Positions 50,660 through 61,175 of a stretch of 64,000 nt of DNA are shown piece after piece. Below the pieces are notes generated by a model. It saw nothing but the letters and a program-made list of their open reading frames with translations, had not been told where the DNA came from and ran no database searches. This DNA comes from Candidatus Multivoradales bacterium (lineage in GTDB: Bacteria > Acidobacteriota > Thermoanaerobaculia > Multivoradales > JAHEKO01), in assembly GCA_965223155.1 (NCBI GenBank), contig CBDCVR010000013.1:448001-512000 (forward strand). The letters are read 5' to 3'. A program made the position numbers and the translations under genes. Each line of letters begins with the position of its first letter. Positions within the stretch are counted from its first letter, which is position 1.

Positions 50660-52053
50660 CCCGCCAGACGATTCGAACCTCGGCTTCTCGAACGCCGGGC
50701 CGAACCCTGGGCAGAGCTTTTGTCCTGGCGGCGGGGCTGACCGGCCTCCTGGCCGGCGCCCTGGCCGCGGCCACGGCATTTACCGGCGCCACCGTCCATC
50801 CCGTAAGCGGGCCGAGCCTCGAGAACGCGACCATCCTCGTCGAGAACGGCAAGATCCTGGCGCTGGGCACGGATGTCGTGATTCCGGCCGGAACGGAGAC
50901 CGTGGATCTTGCCGGCCTCCACCTCTACCCCGGCTTTGTCCATCCCTTGAGCGCTCTCGGGCTGACCGAGGTCGGCGCGGTCCGAGCGACCCGCGACCAC
51001 ACCGAGACCGGCGACGTGAACTCGAACATTCGCGCCGAGATCGCCTTCCATGCCGACTCCGAGCTCCTCCCCGTCGCCCTCTCGGGCGGCATCCTGACCG
51101 CCCACGTCGCGCCTCGCGGCGGCGTCTTTCGAGGCACTTCGGCGGTCATGGCCCTGGAGGGCTGGAACTTCGAGGACATGACCCTGCGCTCGGGCGTCGG
51201 CATGCATCTGTCGTGGCCGATGAGCCGGCCACCCGCCAACGCCTTCAATCCTCCCTCAGACGAGGAGATCAAGGAGCGCAAGGAAAAGGCGTTGAAGACG
51301 ATCAACGACACGCTGGACAACGCCAAGGCCTACGAGAAGGCTCTGAGCGCGTTTGCAGCCGGCAGCTCGGCGAAACCGGACTTCGATCCGCGCCTGGCCG
51401 CCCTGGTCGGCGTGGTGCGCGGCGAGCAGCCGCTCTTCCTGCATGCCGACGAGAAGTCCCAAATCGAGGATGCCCTGGACTGGTTGCAAGAGCGTGAGAT
51501 CACGGCCGCGGTCCTGGTAACCGGGCCCGACGCCGCTTATCTCGGCGATCGACTGGCCGAGATGGACGTCTCGGTTCTACTAAACGGCGTTCATCGCCGG
51601 CCGGAGCGGGCCTGGGAGCCCTACGACGTCGCCTACACCGCCGCCAAGCGCTTGCACGACGCGGGCGTTCGGTTCGCCATCGGCGACGGCGCCAGCACTT
51701 TCGACGCGGCCCACGTCCGGAATCTTCCGTTCCATGCCGCCATGGCTGCGGCCCACGGCCTTCCCAAGGACATCGCCCTGCGCAGCGTAACCCTGAGCTC
51801 GGCCGAGCTTCTGAGCGTGGACGACCGCGTGGGCTCGCTCGAGCCCGGCAAAGACGCCACCTTCATCGCCACCAACGGCGATCCGCTCGAGGTGCGGACT
51901 CAGATTCTGGGTGCCTGGATCGCCGGCCAGAAGGTCGACTTTGACAACGACCGACAGAAGCGCCTTTACCGGAAGTACAACAACCGGCCGCGTGCCGAGG
52001 ACGCGCTAAAGGAACCGACCGTCGAAGGCCTGGCCGATCCGGACAAGGGGTAG
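50656..52053 (+). CDS. Secreted amidohydrolase-family protein lacking HxH
   Basis: LYPGFVHPLSALGLTEV, RNLPFHAAMAAAHGL, GSLEPGKDAT, GDPLE. Confidence 0.9.
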   Translation: MTRQTIRTSASRTPGRTLGRAFVLAAGLTGLLAGALAAATAFTGATVHPVSGPSLENATILVENGKILALGTDVVIPAGTETVDLAGLHLYPGFVHPLSALGLTEVGAVRATRDHTETGDVNSNIRAEIAFHADSELLPVALSGGILTAHVAPRGGVFRGTSAVMALEGWNFEDMTLRSGVGMHLSWPMSRPPANAFNPPSDEEIKERKEKALKTINDTLDNAKAYEKALSAFAAGSSAKPDFDPRLAALVGVVRGEQPLFLHADEKSQIEDALDWLQEREITAAVLVTGPDAAYLGDRLAEMDVSVLLNGVHRRPERAWEPYDVAYTAAKRLHDAGVRFAIGDGASTFDAAHVRNLPFHAAMAAAHGLPKDIALRSVTLSSAELLSVDDRVGSLEPGKDATFIATNGDPLEVRTQILGAWIAGQKVDFDNDRQKRLYRKYNNRPRAEDALKEPTVEGLADPDKG

Positions 52054-52083
52054 CCTGACGCGCCGATCTCGCGAGACCGGTCC

Positions 52084-53151
52084 TCAGACCAGGACGGCCA
52101 CGCTCTTGATCTGGGCGTAGACCCGGAGTCCCGGCTCGAGTCCCAGCCGTGAGGCCGACATTGCGGTGATCCGGGCCAGGAGCCGGTCGCCGGCGGCCTC
52201 CAGCAGCACCGTGGCAGCTCCGCCCTCGCCCGACGCCACCTCGACGACCGTGGCCGGCAGCACGTTCAGGATGCTGCTCCGGCCCGGCCGGTCGAGCGCC
52301 AGGCTAACGTCCCGGGCCAGGACGCGAACGCGCACCTGAGCGCCGGCATCAACCGACAGCCTGGCGACCGTCAGCTCTCCGGTGCCGCACTCCAGAGAGG
52401 TCAGACCGAACTCCGAATCGTGCCGCGCCACCCGCGCCTCCAGCACCGCTTCGGCCTCCGCCGAGCGCGCCAAGGGCAGATCCAGCCGGGTCAGAATCTC
52501 GCCCACCCCACCCGTGGCCTGGACCGAGCCGGCCTCGAGCAAAACCATGCGATCCGCGAGGCGAGCGACCTCGTCGGCGGCATGGCTCACGTACAGAACC
52601 GGCACTTCGAGGACGGCGAAGACCCGTTCCAGGTACGGCAGGATCCGGCTACGGCTGTTTCGATCGAGAGCGGCCAGGGGCTCGTCCATCAAGACCAGCC
52701 GGGGGCTGGTCAGAAGCGCTCGACCGAGGGCGGCCCGCTGTCGCTCCCCTCCGGATAGCGTCTCGGGACGGCGATCCAGCAAAGTCCCGATTTCGAGCAG
52801 CTCTACGACCCGATCCAGCTCCAGGCGTCGCCGGCCGCTGGGAACCCGCTTCCAGCCGTACACCAGATTCTCTCGGACGGAGAGATGTCCGAAGAGACTC
52901 GCCTCCTGGAAGACGTAGCCCACCTGCCGCTGATGCGGCGGCACAAAGACATCCCGGTCCAGCCACACTTCATCGTCGAGTGCAACACGCCCACGGGCGC
53001 CCCGCTCGAGACCCGCGATCGTTCGCAAGAGCAGGGTCTTGCCCGCCCCGGAGGGTCCGAAGACAGCGGTAACCCCGGTGGATGGAGCCCGAAACCGCGC
53101 TCCCAGGGCGAAGCCTCCCCGTTCGAGCCCGACGTCGACATCCAGAGTCAC
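52084..53151 (-). CDS. modC: Molybdate ABC transporter ATP-binding protein
   Basis: [41 protein letters not shown] domain ending YAQIKSV. Confidence 0.96.
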   Translation of the reverse strand: MTLDVDVGLERGGFALGARFRAPSTGVTAVFGPSGAGKTLLLRTIAGLERGARGRVALDDEVWLDRDVFVPPHQRQVGYVFQEASLFGHLSVRENLVYGWKRVPSGRRRLELDRVVELLEIGTLLDRRPETLSGGERQRAALGRALLTSPRLVLMDEPLAALDRNSRSRILPYLERVFAVLEVPVLYVSHAADEVARLADRMVLLEAGSVQATGGVGEILTRLDLPLARSAEAEAVLEARVARHDSEFGLTSLECGTGELTVARLSVDAGAQVRVRVLARDVSLALDRPGRSSILNVLPATVVEVASGEGGAATVLLEAAGDRLLARITAMSASRLGLEPGLRVYAQIKSVAVLV

Positions 53152-53798
53152 CGCACGACCTCGAGCCGCCCCCGGCCCCATGTATAAGCCAGAACCAGCA
53201 ACACGAACGAGCCCGTCAGCAGGCCACCGGCAAGCCAGTGGGCCTTGGCGTACTCCAGAGCTTCGACGTGGTCGTAGATGGCGATGGACAGAACCTGGGT
53301 CTCGCCCGGAATGTTGCCGCCAACCATGAGCACGACGCCGAACTCTCCGATCGTGTGGGCGAAGCCCAGGATCGCAGCGGTGACGAAGCCGTGCCGCGCG
53401 AGCGGCAGGGCCACCGACAGAAACCGATCCGTCGGGGCCGCTCGCAAGGTCGCCGCGACTTCCAGGGGACGCCGGCCGATCGCCTGGAACGCCGCCTGGA
53501 GCGGCTGCACCACGAACGGTAGCGAGTACAGCACCGAGCCCACCACCAGACCCGAAAACGAAAAGGCCAGCGGCAAGGGTCCACCCCGGCCCAGGAGAAG
53601 CAGGAGGTAGAATCCCAGAACCGTCGGCGGCAGCACTAGGGGCATGGCGACGAGAGCCTCGATCAAGGCCTTGCCCCGCCACCGGCTGCGAGCCAGCCAC
53701 CAGGCCAAGGGCGTGCCGAGGAGAAGCAGAATGCCCGTGGTGACTCCCGCCAGAAGCAGCGTCGTGCGTAGCGCCAGCCAGTCGGCCGCGGTCGGCAT
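53148..53798 (-). CDS. modB: Molybdate ABC transporter permease
   Basis: [46 protein letters not shown]. Confidence 0.97.
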   Translation of the reverse strand: MPTAADWLALRTTLLLAGVTTGILLLLGTPLAWWLARSRWRGKALIEALVAMPLVLPPTVLGFYLLLLLGRGGPLPLAFSFSGLVVGSVLYSLPFVVQPLQAAFQAIGRRPLEVAATLRAAPTDRFLSVALPLARHGFVTAAILGFAHTIGEFGVVLMVGGNIPGETQVLSIAIYDHVEALEYAKAHWLAGGLLTGSFVLLVLAYTWGRGRLEVVR

Positions 53799-54682
53799 CA
53801 CGGCACCTCGTAGCCCCGTGCCACGAGGATCTCGCGCGCCGCCGGTGCGAGCAAATAGCTCGCCAGGAGTCCGGCCTCGGGCCGAGAAGACAGCACCACC
53901 AACTGTTGTTCGATGGGCCGGTGGAGCTCGGAGGGAACGGCCCACAGGGAACCCTGCGGCCCACCTTCGGGGGCGGCGAGCTGCGACCGGGCAACAAAGC
54001 CCAGCTCGGCATTGCCGCTCGCGACAAAGTGAAAGGCTTGGCCGACGCTTTCCCCGATCACCGTTCGATCAGCCAGCACCGGCCACAGCCCGCGCGCCGT
54101 CAGCACTTCCATGGCCGCGCGGCCGTACGGAGCAAGGCGCGGATTGGCTAGAGCCAGCCGTTCGAAGCTCCCGTCCTCCAGCACCCGGCCGCCGCCGTCC
54201 ACACGGCCGGCCTCGCGGCTCCAGAGCGCCAGCCGCCCCAACGCATAGGTAGTCCGGCTGCCGGCGCGTGCCAGCCCAGCCGCCTCCAGCCGCGCGGGCG
54301 CTTCGGCGTTCGCGGCCAGGAATACGTCAAACGGCGCCCCCTGAACGATCTGGGCGTAGAGCTTGCCGGTCGAGGCGGCGGAGATCGAGACCTCGACGCC
54401 CGAGGCGGTCTCGAACCCGGCCGCCAGCTCCTCGAAAACGGTACGGAAGTTCGTCGCCACGGCCACGCGCACCGGCTCGATTCGGTCCGAACCGGCGACC
54501 ACGCAGCCGGCGCCGAACCCCACGGGCACTCCCAGAACCAGGAGGACGCCGAGCAGCCCGAGGTAGAAGTCCAAGCCGAGCGCCGATCCGAGGATTCGCC
54601 GGTCCGCCCGCGACGTTCCAGTAGGGATTCCCCGCCCCGGCCACCAGGCCGGGCGCGAACGGTGACTCGATTGCCTCGACAT
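53798..54682 (-). CDS. modA: Molybdate ABC transporter substrate-binding protein
   Basis: [44 protein letters not shown]. Start uncertain. Confidence 0.95.
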   Translation of the reverse strand: MSRQSSHRSRPAWWPGRGIPTGTSRADRRILGSALGLDFYLGLLGVLLVLGVPVGFGAGCVVAGSDRIEPVRVAVATNFRTVFEELAAGFETASGVEVSISAASTGKLYAQIVQGAPFDVFLAANAEAPARLEAAGLARAGSRTTYALGRLALWSREAGRVDGGGRVLEDGSFERLALANPRLAPYGRAAMEVLTARGLWPVLADRTVIGESVGQAFHFVASGNAELGFVARSQLAAPEGGPQGSLWAVPSELHRPIEQQLVVLSSRPEAGLLASYLLAPAAREILVARGYEVP

Positions 54683-54817
54683 GTTCCCAGGTCCGACCGG
54701 TCTTCGAAACGCGGCCGGACGGCGCTGAGTCTAGCCTTTTCGTCCCGGCACGACTCGCTACCTCCGGGTAGCCGGATGCCGCCGCAGCCAGTCAGGCCGC
54801 GCCGGTCCAGCGCGAGC

Positions 54818-54839
54818 CCGGTCCTAGATCAAGGACCGG
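54818..54839 (-). terminator. Hairpin downstream of the acyl-CoA dehydrogenase gene
   Basis: CCGGTCCT-N6-AGGACCGG perfect 8-bp stem; no U tract. Confidence 0.4.
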
Positions 54840-54864
54840 AGGACCCAAGCTCCGTACGGACGCT

Positions 54865-56808
54865 CTACTGAACGGCGTGCGCCGGCTCGGCAGCCGGAGT
54901 CGCGGTAGCGACCTCAGCGGCCTGGCTGGCTCCCGCGTCCTCCAGGACCTGCCGCATGTCTCGCGAGATCAGGTTCTCGACGCCGGCGACCCCCGTCTCG
55001 ATCCAGGCGTGCTCGCCCTCCATCACCTCAACGCCCAGCCGGTACAGATCAGCGTCGTCGTTCTTCCAGAGGTCCCGAAACAGCCCGCGCACCTTGCGAG
55101 CCGACTGGCGCGCGAAGAGGTCAGCCAGCCGGGCGGCGCGCTTGGCGTTCGGATTCCCGGCTTCGGCCATGGCGTGGGCCCGGGATACCGAAGCGGAGAC
55201 CGCAAACAGCTCGTTGGCGATGTCCACGATCCGGAACAGGAATCCTTGCTTGTTCTGCATGCGCGCCTGGTGGACCATCATGCCGTGGAAGATCTCCCGA
55301 GCGAGCTTACGGGTCTTGCGGTCCACGAACCGGAGGTGTCCGGCGAGGGCGCCGAACCGGGAATAGCGCGGCCATAGGCTCCAGCCCAGCCAACGGGTCG
55401 GATACCAGCGTAGGTAGAAGAGAGCGCTCCGCAGGAAGGCGCCGGCCTTGCTGCCGAAGCTCTCTCTCGGATCAATGAGCGCACCGGCCACCTCTAGGTG
55501 CTTATCGACCGCCTCCCGCGCCATGAGCAGGTGCATGATCTCGCTCGAGCCCTCGAAGATCTTGTTGATCCGGTAATCCCGCATCATGCGCTCAACGCCG
55601 ATCGGCTTCTCACCGCGATTGGCTAGCGAGGCCTCGGTCTCGTAGCCGCGGCCACCCCGCACCTGCATGGCTTCGTCGATGATGCGCCAGGTATGCCACG
55701 AGTTCCATTCCTTGGCCGCGGCCGCCTCGAGCCGGATGTCCCGATCGCCGGCGTCGGCCATCTCGGTAGCGAGATTCACGATCGACTCCATGGCGAAGGT
55801 CGTAGCCGTCATGTCGGCGAGCTTGTGCGAGATGGCCTCGTGCTTGCCCACGGGCTTGCCCCACTGGATCCGCTCCTTGGCCCAGCGCCGGCAGATCTCG
55901 ATACAACTCTTAGCGGTGCCCACCGAGCCGTTGGGGATGGACAATCGGCCGTCGTTCAAGGTGGTCAGCGCGATCTTGAGACCCCGGCCCTCTTTGCCGA
56001 TTAGATTCTCGGCCGGCACCCGCACGTTCTTGAACTCGATCACCGCGTTGGCGAGGGCGCGCAATCCCATGAAGTGGCAGCGATCCACAATCTCCACGCC
56101 ATCCCAGCCCGTCTCGACCACGAACGCGCTGATCTTCTTGCTCTCGGGCTGCATGGCCATCACCACCAGCAAATCGGCGATGGTGCCGTTGGTGCACCAG
56201 AGCTTGACGCCGTTCAGGATGTAATCGCCCTCCGGGGTCTTCTCAGCGGTCGTGCCCAGCCGAGCGGGATCCGAGCCAACCTCGGGCTCGGTCAGCGCAA
56301 AGGCGGAGATCTCGCCCCTAGCGCAACGCGGCAGGTACTTGTCCTTCAGTACCTGGGTACCGAAGAGCTTGAGCGGCTGGGGTACGCCGATCGACTGATG
56401 CGCCGAGAGCAGCGCGCTCAAGTTGCCGTCCACGCTGCCGATCAGGTGCATGACCTTGGCGTACTCGCGGTTGCTGAATCCCTGGCCGCCGTACTTCTTC
56501 GGGATCTTCATGCCAAAGGCTCCGAGCTTCCGGAACCCTTCGATGACCTGGTCCGGATACTCGCCGGTGCGATCGATCTCGGCCGGATCGACCTCGCTCA
56601 TGACGAAGTCCAACATCGCGTTGTAGAACGCCGTGAACTCCGGCCGCTCATCGGCGGCCAGCGGAAACGGATGGATCAGATCCAGGCGGAAATTGCCCAG
56701 GAACATCTCGCGCATGAAGCTGGGCTGCTTCCATTCCTTCTGCCGGGACGCCTCCGCAACTTGCATTGCCTCTTCTTCGGTGACCTGGGGAACCTTGTGC
56801 TCGCTCAT
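54865..56808 (-). CDS. Long acyl-CoA dehydrogenase (ACAD9/VLCAD-like)
   Basis: AHQSIG, AFALTEPEVGSD, NGVKLWCTNG, LNDGRL, GGRGY, IFEGSSEI. Confidence 0.95.
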   Translation of the reverse strand: MSEHKVPQVTEEEAMQVAEASRQKEWKQPSFMREMFLGNFRLDLIHPFPLAADERPEFTAFYNAMLDFVMSEVDPAEIDRTGEYPDQVIEGFRKLGAFGMKIPKKYGGQGFSNREYAKVMHLIGSVDGNLSALLSAHQSIGVPQPLKLFGTQVLKDKYLPRCARGEISAFALTEPEVGSDPARLGTTAEKTPEGDYILNGVKLWCTNGTIADLLVVMAMQPESKKISAFVVETGWDGVEIVDRCHFMGLRALANAVIEFKNVRVPAENLIGKEGRGLKIALTTLNDGRLSIPNGSVGTAKSCIEICRRWAKERIQWGKPVGKHEAISHKLADMTATTFAMESIVNLATEMADAGDRDIRLEAAAAKEWNSWHTWRIIDEAMQVRGGRGYETEASLANRGEKPIGVERMMRDYRINKIFEGSSEIMHLLMAREAVDKHLEVAGALIDPRESFGSKAGAFLRSALFYLRWYPTRWLGWSLWPRYSRFGALAGHLRFVDRKTRKLAREIFHGMMVHQARMQNKQGFLFRIVDIANELFAVSASVSRAHAMAEAGNPNAKRAARLADLFARQSARKVRGLFRDLWKNDDADLYRLGVEVMEGEHAWIETGVAGVENLISRDMRQVLEDAGASQAAEVATATPAAEPAHAVQ

Positions 56809-56870
56809 GGACCTCTCCTTGCTTGCCTGCCGGCCGCACGGCGTGGTGGACTTCGTGCCGCGCTCTACTT

Positions 56871-56927
56871 TACCGATCAGTATACCACCACGTCGAGATT
56901 ATTGCCGCACTGCGGTACAACTGTCAA
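56871..56927 (-). promoter_or_regulatory. Sigma70 promoter with two TetR-like operator palindromes
   Basis: TTGACA (56927-56922)-N18-AATAAT; palindromes TGCCGCACTGCGGTA (56903-56917) and TACCGATCAGTA (56871-56882). Confidence 0.6.
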
Positions 56928-57089
56928 GCACTCCGGCCCTCTCCCGACGGTCGTTTCTCAGGTGAAGATGCACGGAATCCCAGGGCCGCCGATCCCGACG
57001 GGTCCACGAAACTCTTCGCCGCGGTGCGGCATGCCCGTGCGCCAGCACCGACGGAAAAGTACGGCCGACGGCCTGGGCGACACCCGCCG

Positions 57090-58376
57090 CTACGGATAGA
57101 TCTTGTTGAGCATCCGCGGGTACGGAATGGTCTCGCGCAGATGCTTCACGCCGCACATCCAGGCCACGAAGCGCTCGACCCCCATGCCGAAGCCACTGTG
57201 GGGAAACGTCCCGTACCGACGTACGTCCAGGTACCAGTCGAACGCCTCCTGCGGCAGGTCGTGCTCCCGGATCCTCTGCTCCAGGAGCTCCAGGTCGTGG
57301 ATCCTCTGGCTGCCGCCGACGATCTCTCCATAGCCCTCAGGCGCGATGATGTCGAGCCCCAGGACAACCTTCGGGTCCTCCGGATCGGGCTCCATGTAGA
57401 ACGCCTTGATCGCGGTCGGGAACCGACTGATCATCACCGGAAGCTCGGAGCCTTCGGTCAGAAGCGTCTCTTCGGCGCCCCCGAAGTCGTCGCCCCACTG
57501 GATCTCGTTGCCCAGGCCTTGCAGCCGCTCCACCGCCTCGCCGTACGTCATGCGCGGGAACGGCGCGATCACCCGTTCGAGTCCCGCCGCGTCCCGTTCG
57601 AGGACGGCCAGCTCGTCCTGGCAGCGGTCCAGAACTCGGGCTACCAGCGCGCACACGAAGTCCTCGGCCAGGTCGCAGAGTCCCTCGAACTCCAGGAAGG
57701 CGACTTCCGGCTCGACCATCCAGAATTCCATCAGGTGCCGGCGGGTCTTGGACTTCTCGGCGCGAAACGTGGGGCCGAAGCAGTAGACCTTGCCCAGCGC
57801 GGCGGCGGCCGGCTCGAGGTAGAGCTGGCCGGACTGGCTGAGATAGGCTTTGTCGCCAAAATAGTCCGTCTCGAACAGGGTCGAAGTCCCCTCGCACGCG
57901 GCGGGCGTCAGGATCGGAGAATCGATCAGAGTAAAGCCGTTGTCGTAGAGATAGTCGCGAATCGCCTGGCAGACCTCATTGCGAACCCTGAGCGCCGCCC
58001 GCTGTTTGCTGGAGCGCAGCCACAGATGCCGATGCTCCATCAAGAACGCCACGCCATGTTCCTTCTTGGCAATCGGAAACTCGTCGCTGAGAGCCTCGAT
58101 GCCGAACGACGACGCCTGGATCTCGACCCCGCCCGGGGCGCGGTCATCCGCGCTCACCGTGCCGGTGAGACGGACGGTGGACTCGAGGGTCGCTCGCTCC
58201 ACCGCTTCCCAGGAAGCATCGTCCACCTCGGCCCGGCTGAGCACGCCCTGGACCTCGCCGCTGCCGTCGCGCATCTGGACGAAGGCGATCTTGCCGCTCG
58301 ACCGCTTGCCGATTAGCCAGCCCCGCAGCTCCACTTCGGAGTCAACGTGCTGCTCGAGCTCTTGGATCAGGGTCAT
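57090..58376 (-). CDS. asnS: Asparagine--tRNA ligase
   Basis: RSSGKIAF..RDGSG, RHLWLRS, YLSQSGQLY, GPTFRAEKSKTRRHLMEFWMVEPE, GEIVGGSQR, PHSGFGMG. Confidence 0.98.
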   Translation of the reverse strand: MTLIQELEQHVDSEVELRGWLIGKRSSGKIAFVQMRDGSGEVQGVLSRAEVDDASWEAVERATLESTVRLTGTVSADDRAPGGVEIQASSFGIEALSDEFPIAKKEHGVAFLMEHRHLWLRSSKQRAALRVRNEVCQAIRDYLYDNGFTLIDSPILTPAACEGTSTLFETDYFGDKAYLSQSGQLYLEPAAAALGKVYCFGPTFRAEKSKTRRHLMEFWMVEPEVAFLEFEGLCDLAEDFVCALVARVLDRCQDELAVLERDAAGLERVIAPFPRMTYGEAVERLQGLGNEIQWGDDFGGAEETLLTEGSELPVMISRFPTAIKAFYMEPDPEDPKVVLGLDIIAPEGYGEIVGGSQRIHDLELLEQRIREHDLPQEAFDWYLDVRRYGTFPHSGFGMGVERFVAWMCGVKHLRETIPYPRMLNKIYP

Positions 58377-58462
58377 GGTGCGTCTCCCGAGCGCCGGATT
58401 CTACGGGCTTCCGAAGCCCAGGCCAAGAACGCCGCCGACCCCTGCCGACTTCTAGCGGATCC

Positions 58463-59185
58463 CTAGGCCGAGTCCTCACGCTGAACCAGCACTTCGAGAG
58501 CGCCGGCGGCGGCTCGCTGCTGAGAGCGCTTCTTGGTGCGCCCGGCACCTCGAGCGAGAGGCTCGCCGGCCACAAGACACTCGGTCACGAAGGTCTTCTC
58601 GTGGTCGGGACCCCGGCTCTCGAGCAGCCGGTACTCGGGCAGCGCCAAGCCCCGCGCCTGCGCGAGCTCCTGCAGGCGACCCTTGGGATCCCGCTGAGCC
58701 TCGCCGGCGGTCTCACCCGCGGCCTCCCCCCCGCCGTCGCCATCGAGCATGGTCCGCACCAGGCGGCGTGCGACCTTCCAGCCGCCGTCCAGAAAGGCCG
58801 CGCCCAAGACCGCCTCGAGACAGTCCGACAGGATCGAGTCCTTGTCGCGTCCTCCCGAGCGCTCCTCGCCCACCCCCAACCGGACGAACTCGCCCAGCTG
58901 CAGCCCGCGGGCAAAGTCCGCCAGAACGGCCTCGGATACCAGCCGGCTCATGTGCACCGACAAGCGGCCCTCGGCCACGTCGGAATGTTCTAGGAAAAGC
59001 CACTCGGCGGTGACCAGCCCCAACACGGCATCGCCCAGAAACTCCAGCCGCTCGTAGTTGTGCTCCAGGCCCTGCTCGTTGGCGAAGGACCGGTGCGCGA
59101 GGGCTCGCTCCAGAAGCTCGCGCCGGCGGAAACGGTATCCCAGCCGCCTCTCGAGAGGGCTCAGCGCGTGCCGGCGTCGCAACAT
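58463..59185 (-). CDS. rnc: Ribonuclease III
   Basis: NYERLEFLGDAVL signature; C-terminal dsRBD (DPKGRLQE...GPDHEKTF). Confidence 0.97.
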   Translation of the reverse strand: MLRRRHALSPLERRLGYRFRRRELLERALAHRSFANEQGLEHNYERLEFLGDAVLGLVTAEWLFLEHSDVAEGRLSVHMSRLVSEAVLADFARGLQLGEFVRLGVGEERSGGRDKDSILSDCLEAVLGAAFLDGGWKVARRLVRTMLDGDGGGEAAGETAGEAQRDPKGRLQELAQARGLALPEYRLLESRGPDHEKTFVTECLVAGEPLARGAGRTKKRSQQRAAAGALEVLVQREDSA

Positions 59186-59345
59186 CGCCTAGCGGCCTCC
59201 GGGCGAAGTCAAGACGACCGGTTCGCGGGTCCGCCTGCGGCGTCGCCCGCTGGCAACCAAGCCACCGCATCGCCGCCCAATAGCCTCTGCCGTCTGCACG
59301 ATCAGCCCTTGCCGCGCCACTCTGGTGACTTCTACCACGGGCTTG

Positions 59346-61175
59346 CTATCGCCTGCCGAAACGGGACTCGAGATCCGCGTCGCTCATCTTCAAGATCGTT
59401 GGCCGGCCGTGCGGGCAGGCGAACGGACTGTCGGTGCCGAAAAGCTCGGCGATCATCGCCTCCATCTCGTCCACCGACAGGGCCTCGTGCATCTTGACCG
59501 CCCGCTTGCAGGCCATGGAGGCGGCCAGGGCGTCCAGAATCTGCTCGGCCACCGTGCCTTGGCCGGACGGGCTCGAAGCGGCCAGCCTCATCAAGAGGGC
59601 TTCCGCCTCCCGAGGTTTCAACACCACCGGCACCGCCGCGACCGCCACCGAACCGTCGTGCAGGAAGGAAAGCTCGAATCCACTCTCCTCCAGCTCTGCC
59701 GCCAGCTCTTCGAGACGGGCGCTCTCGGCTGGCGCCAGCTCGAGCAGCACCGAGTCGAGCAGGCGCTGGCTTTTCGGCACCTCCCGCGCCAGCTCGGTGC
59801 GCAGGCGCTCGAAGAGAATGCGCTCGTGCGCGACGTGCTGATCTACGATGTAGAGCCCGTCCTCGCCTTCGAGCAGCACCAGAGTGCCCTTGTACTGTCC
59901 CAGGAGTCTGAGCGACCGATCGTCGCCGGACCGGCCGGACAGCGGCACCCGGCGGGGCGGTTCGGGAGCGTAGCTGACCCGGGCAAGAGAGTCGCCGGAC
60001 GAGCCGGGTCCATGCGCTTCGGGCATCGTCGTGACCTCGCGGACCTCTCCGGCCGGCGAGCCAACCTCCGGGTCCCGCCGCAGCCGGTAGCGGCCGCCAA
60101 GACCCTGCCAGCCCAGGGGCGGCAGCTCGCCGCCGGACGCCGTTCCCAGAGGCCCCAGGGGCCGGGCGGGAGCCTCGCCTTCGCCCAGGCCGAGCTCCAG
60201 CGCCGCACGCAGGGCGCGGTACAGATCGCTCGCGATCGCGTTGTCCCGGAACCGGACTTCGGCCTTCTGCGGATGCACGTTGACGTCGACGGCGTCCGGC
60301 GGCAGATCCAGAAACAGGAACAGCGCGGGAAACTTGTCTCCCTTCCAGGTGTCCCGCACTGCACGGTAGAAGGTCGACAGAATCGCCTTGTCCCGTAGCA
60401 TGCGACCGTTCACGAAGACGAAGTACCTCCGCCCCCGCACCGTCTCCGGCCCGCCCACGAAGCCCCAGGCGCGACCCGGGCCCACCGCTCGATCCATGGC
60501 CACAAGATCCTCGGCCACCGCCTCTCCGAAGATCTGGCCGACCCGCCGGCGCACACCCTCGGCGCCGGTTCCGGCTCGTGCCGCCCGCAGCAGCCGCCGC
60601 CCCCCGTGGCGCACCTCGAAACCGATCTCGGGGCGCACCAGCGCGTACCCCTGAAGCACCTCGTTGACGCGGCGGACCTCGGATGCTGCGGACTTCAGGA
60701 ACTCACGGCGGGCGGGCACGTTGTAGAAGAGCGACGACACTTCGATGCTGGTACCGCGCGCCCTCGCCGCGGGCTCGAAGGCCACCTCGCGGCCGCCTTC
60801 GAAGAGCACCCGAACGCCTTCTCCATTGCTCTCGGCGGTAACGAGCTCGACACGCGCGACCGATGCGATCGAGGCCAACGCTTCGCCCCGAAACCCGAGC
60901 GTTCCGACTTGGAGCAGGTCGTCAAAGGTGGCGATCTTGCTGGTGGCGTGACGGGCAAAGGCCAAGCGAGCATCCTCCGACGTCATGCCACTGCCGTCGT
61001 CCTCCACCAGAATGCGTGCTTTGCCGCCGTCGTCCAGCCGGACCTCAACCGTGGTGGCTCCGGCGTCAAGCGAGTTCTCGACCAACTCCTTGACGATGGA
61101 GGCCGGCCGCTCGACCACCTCTCCGGCGGCGATCTGATCGATCAGCGGTTCGGGCAGACGCCGGATACGCGTCAT
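59346..61175 (-). CDS. mutL: DNA mismatch repair endonuclease MutL
   Basis: IAAGEVVERP, GFRGEALASI, DVNVHPQK, endonuclease motifs DQHVAHERILFE, ACK, CPHGRP. Confidence 0.98.
   Translation of the reverse strand: MTRIRRLPEPLIDQIAAGEVVERPASIVKELVENSLDAGATTVEVRLDDGGKARILVEDDGSGMTSEDARLAFARHATSKIATFDDLLQVGTLGFRGEALASIASVARVELVTAESNGEGVRVLFEGGREVAFEPAARARGTSIEVSSLFYNVPARREFLKSAASEVRRVNEVLQGYALVRPEIGFEVRHGGRRLLRAARAGTGAEGVRRRVGQIFGEAVAEDLVAMDRAVGPGRAWGFVGGPETVRGRRYFVFVNGRMLRDKAILSTFYRAVRDTWKGDKFPALFLFLDLPPDAVDVNVHPQKAEVRFRDNAIASDLYRALRAALELGLGEGEAPARPLGPLGTASGGELPPLGWQGLGGRYRLRRDPEVGSPAGEVREVTTMPEAHGPGSSGDSLARVSYAPEPPRRVPLSGRSGDDRSLRLLGQYKGTLVLLEGEDGLYIVDQHVAHERILFERLRTELAREVPKSQRLLDSVLLELAPAESARLEELAAELEESGFELSFLHDGSVAVAAVPVVLKPREAEALLMRLAASSPSGQGTVAEQILDALAASMACKRAVKMHEALSVDEMEAMIAELFGTDSPFACPHGRPTILKMSDADLESRFGRR

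Noticed and set aside
54683-54864. Moco/Wco riboswitch or ModE box upstream of modA
   Set aside because: Only generic GC-rich hairpins; I could not recognise the conserved elements. An Infernal/Rfam scan would settle it.
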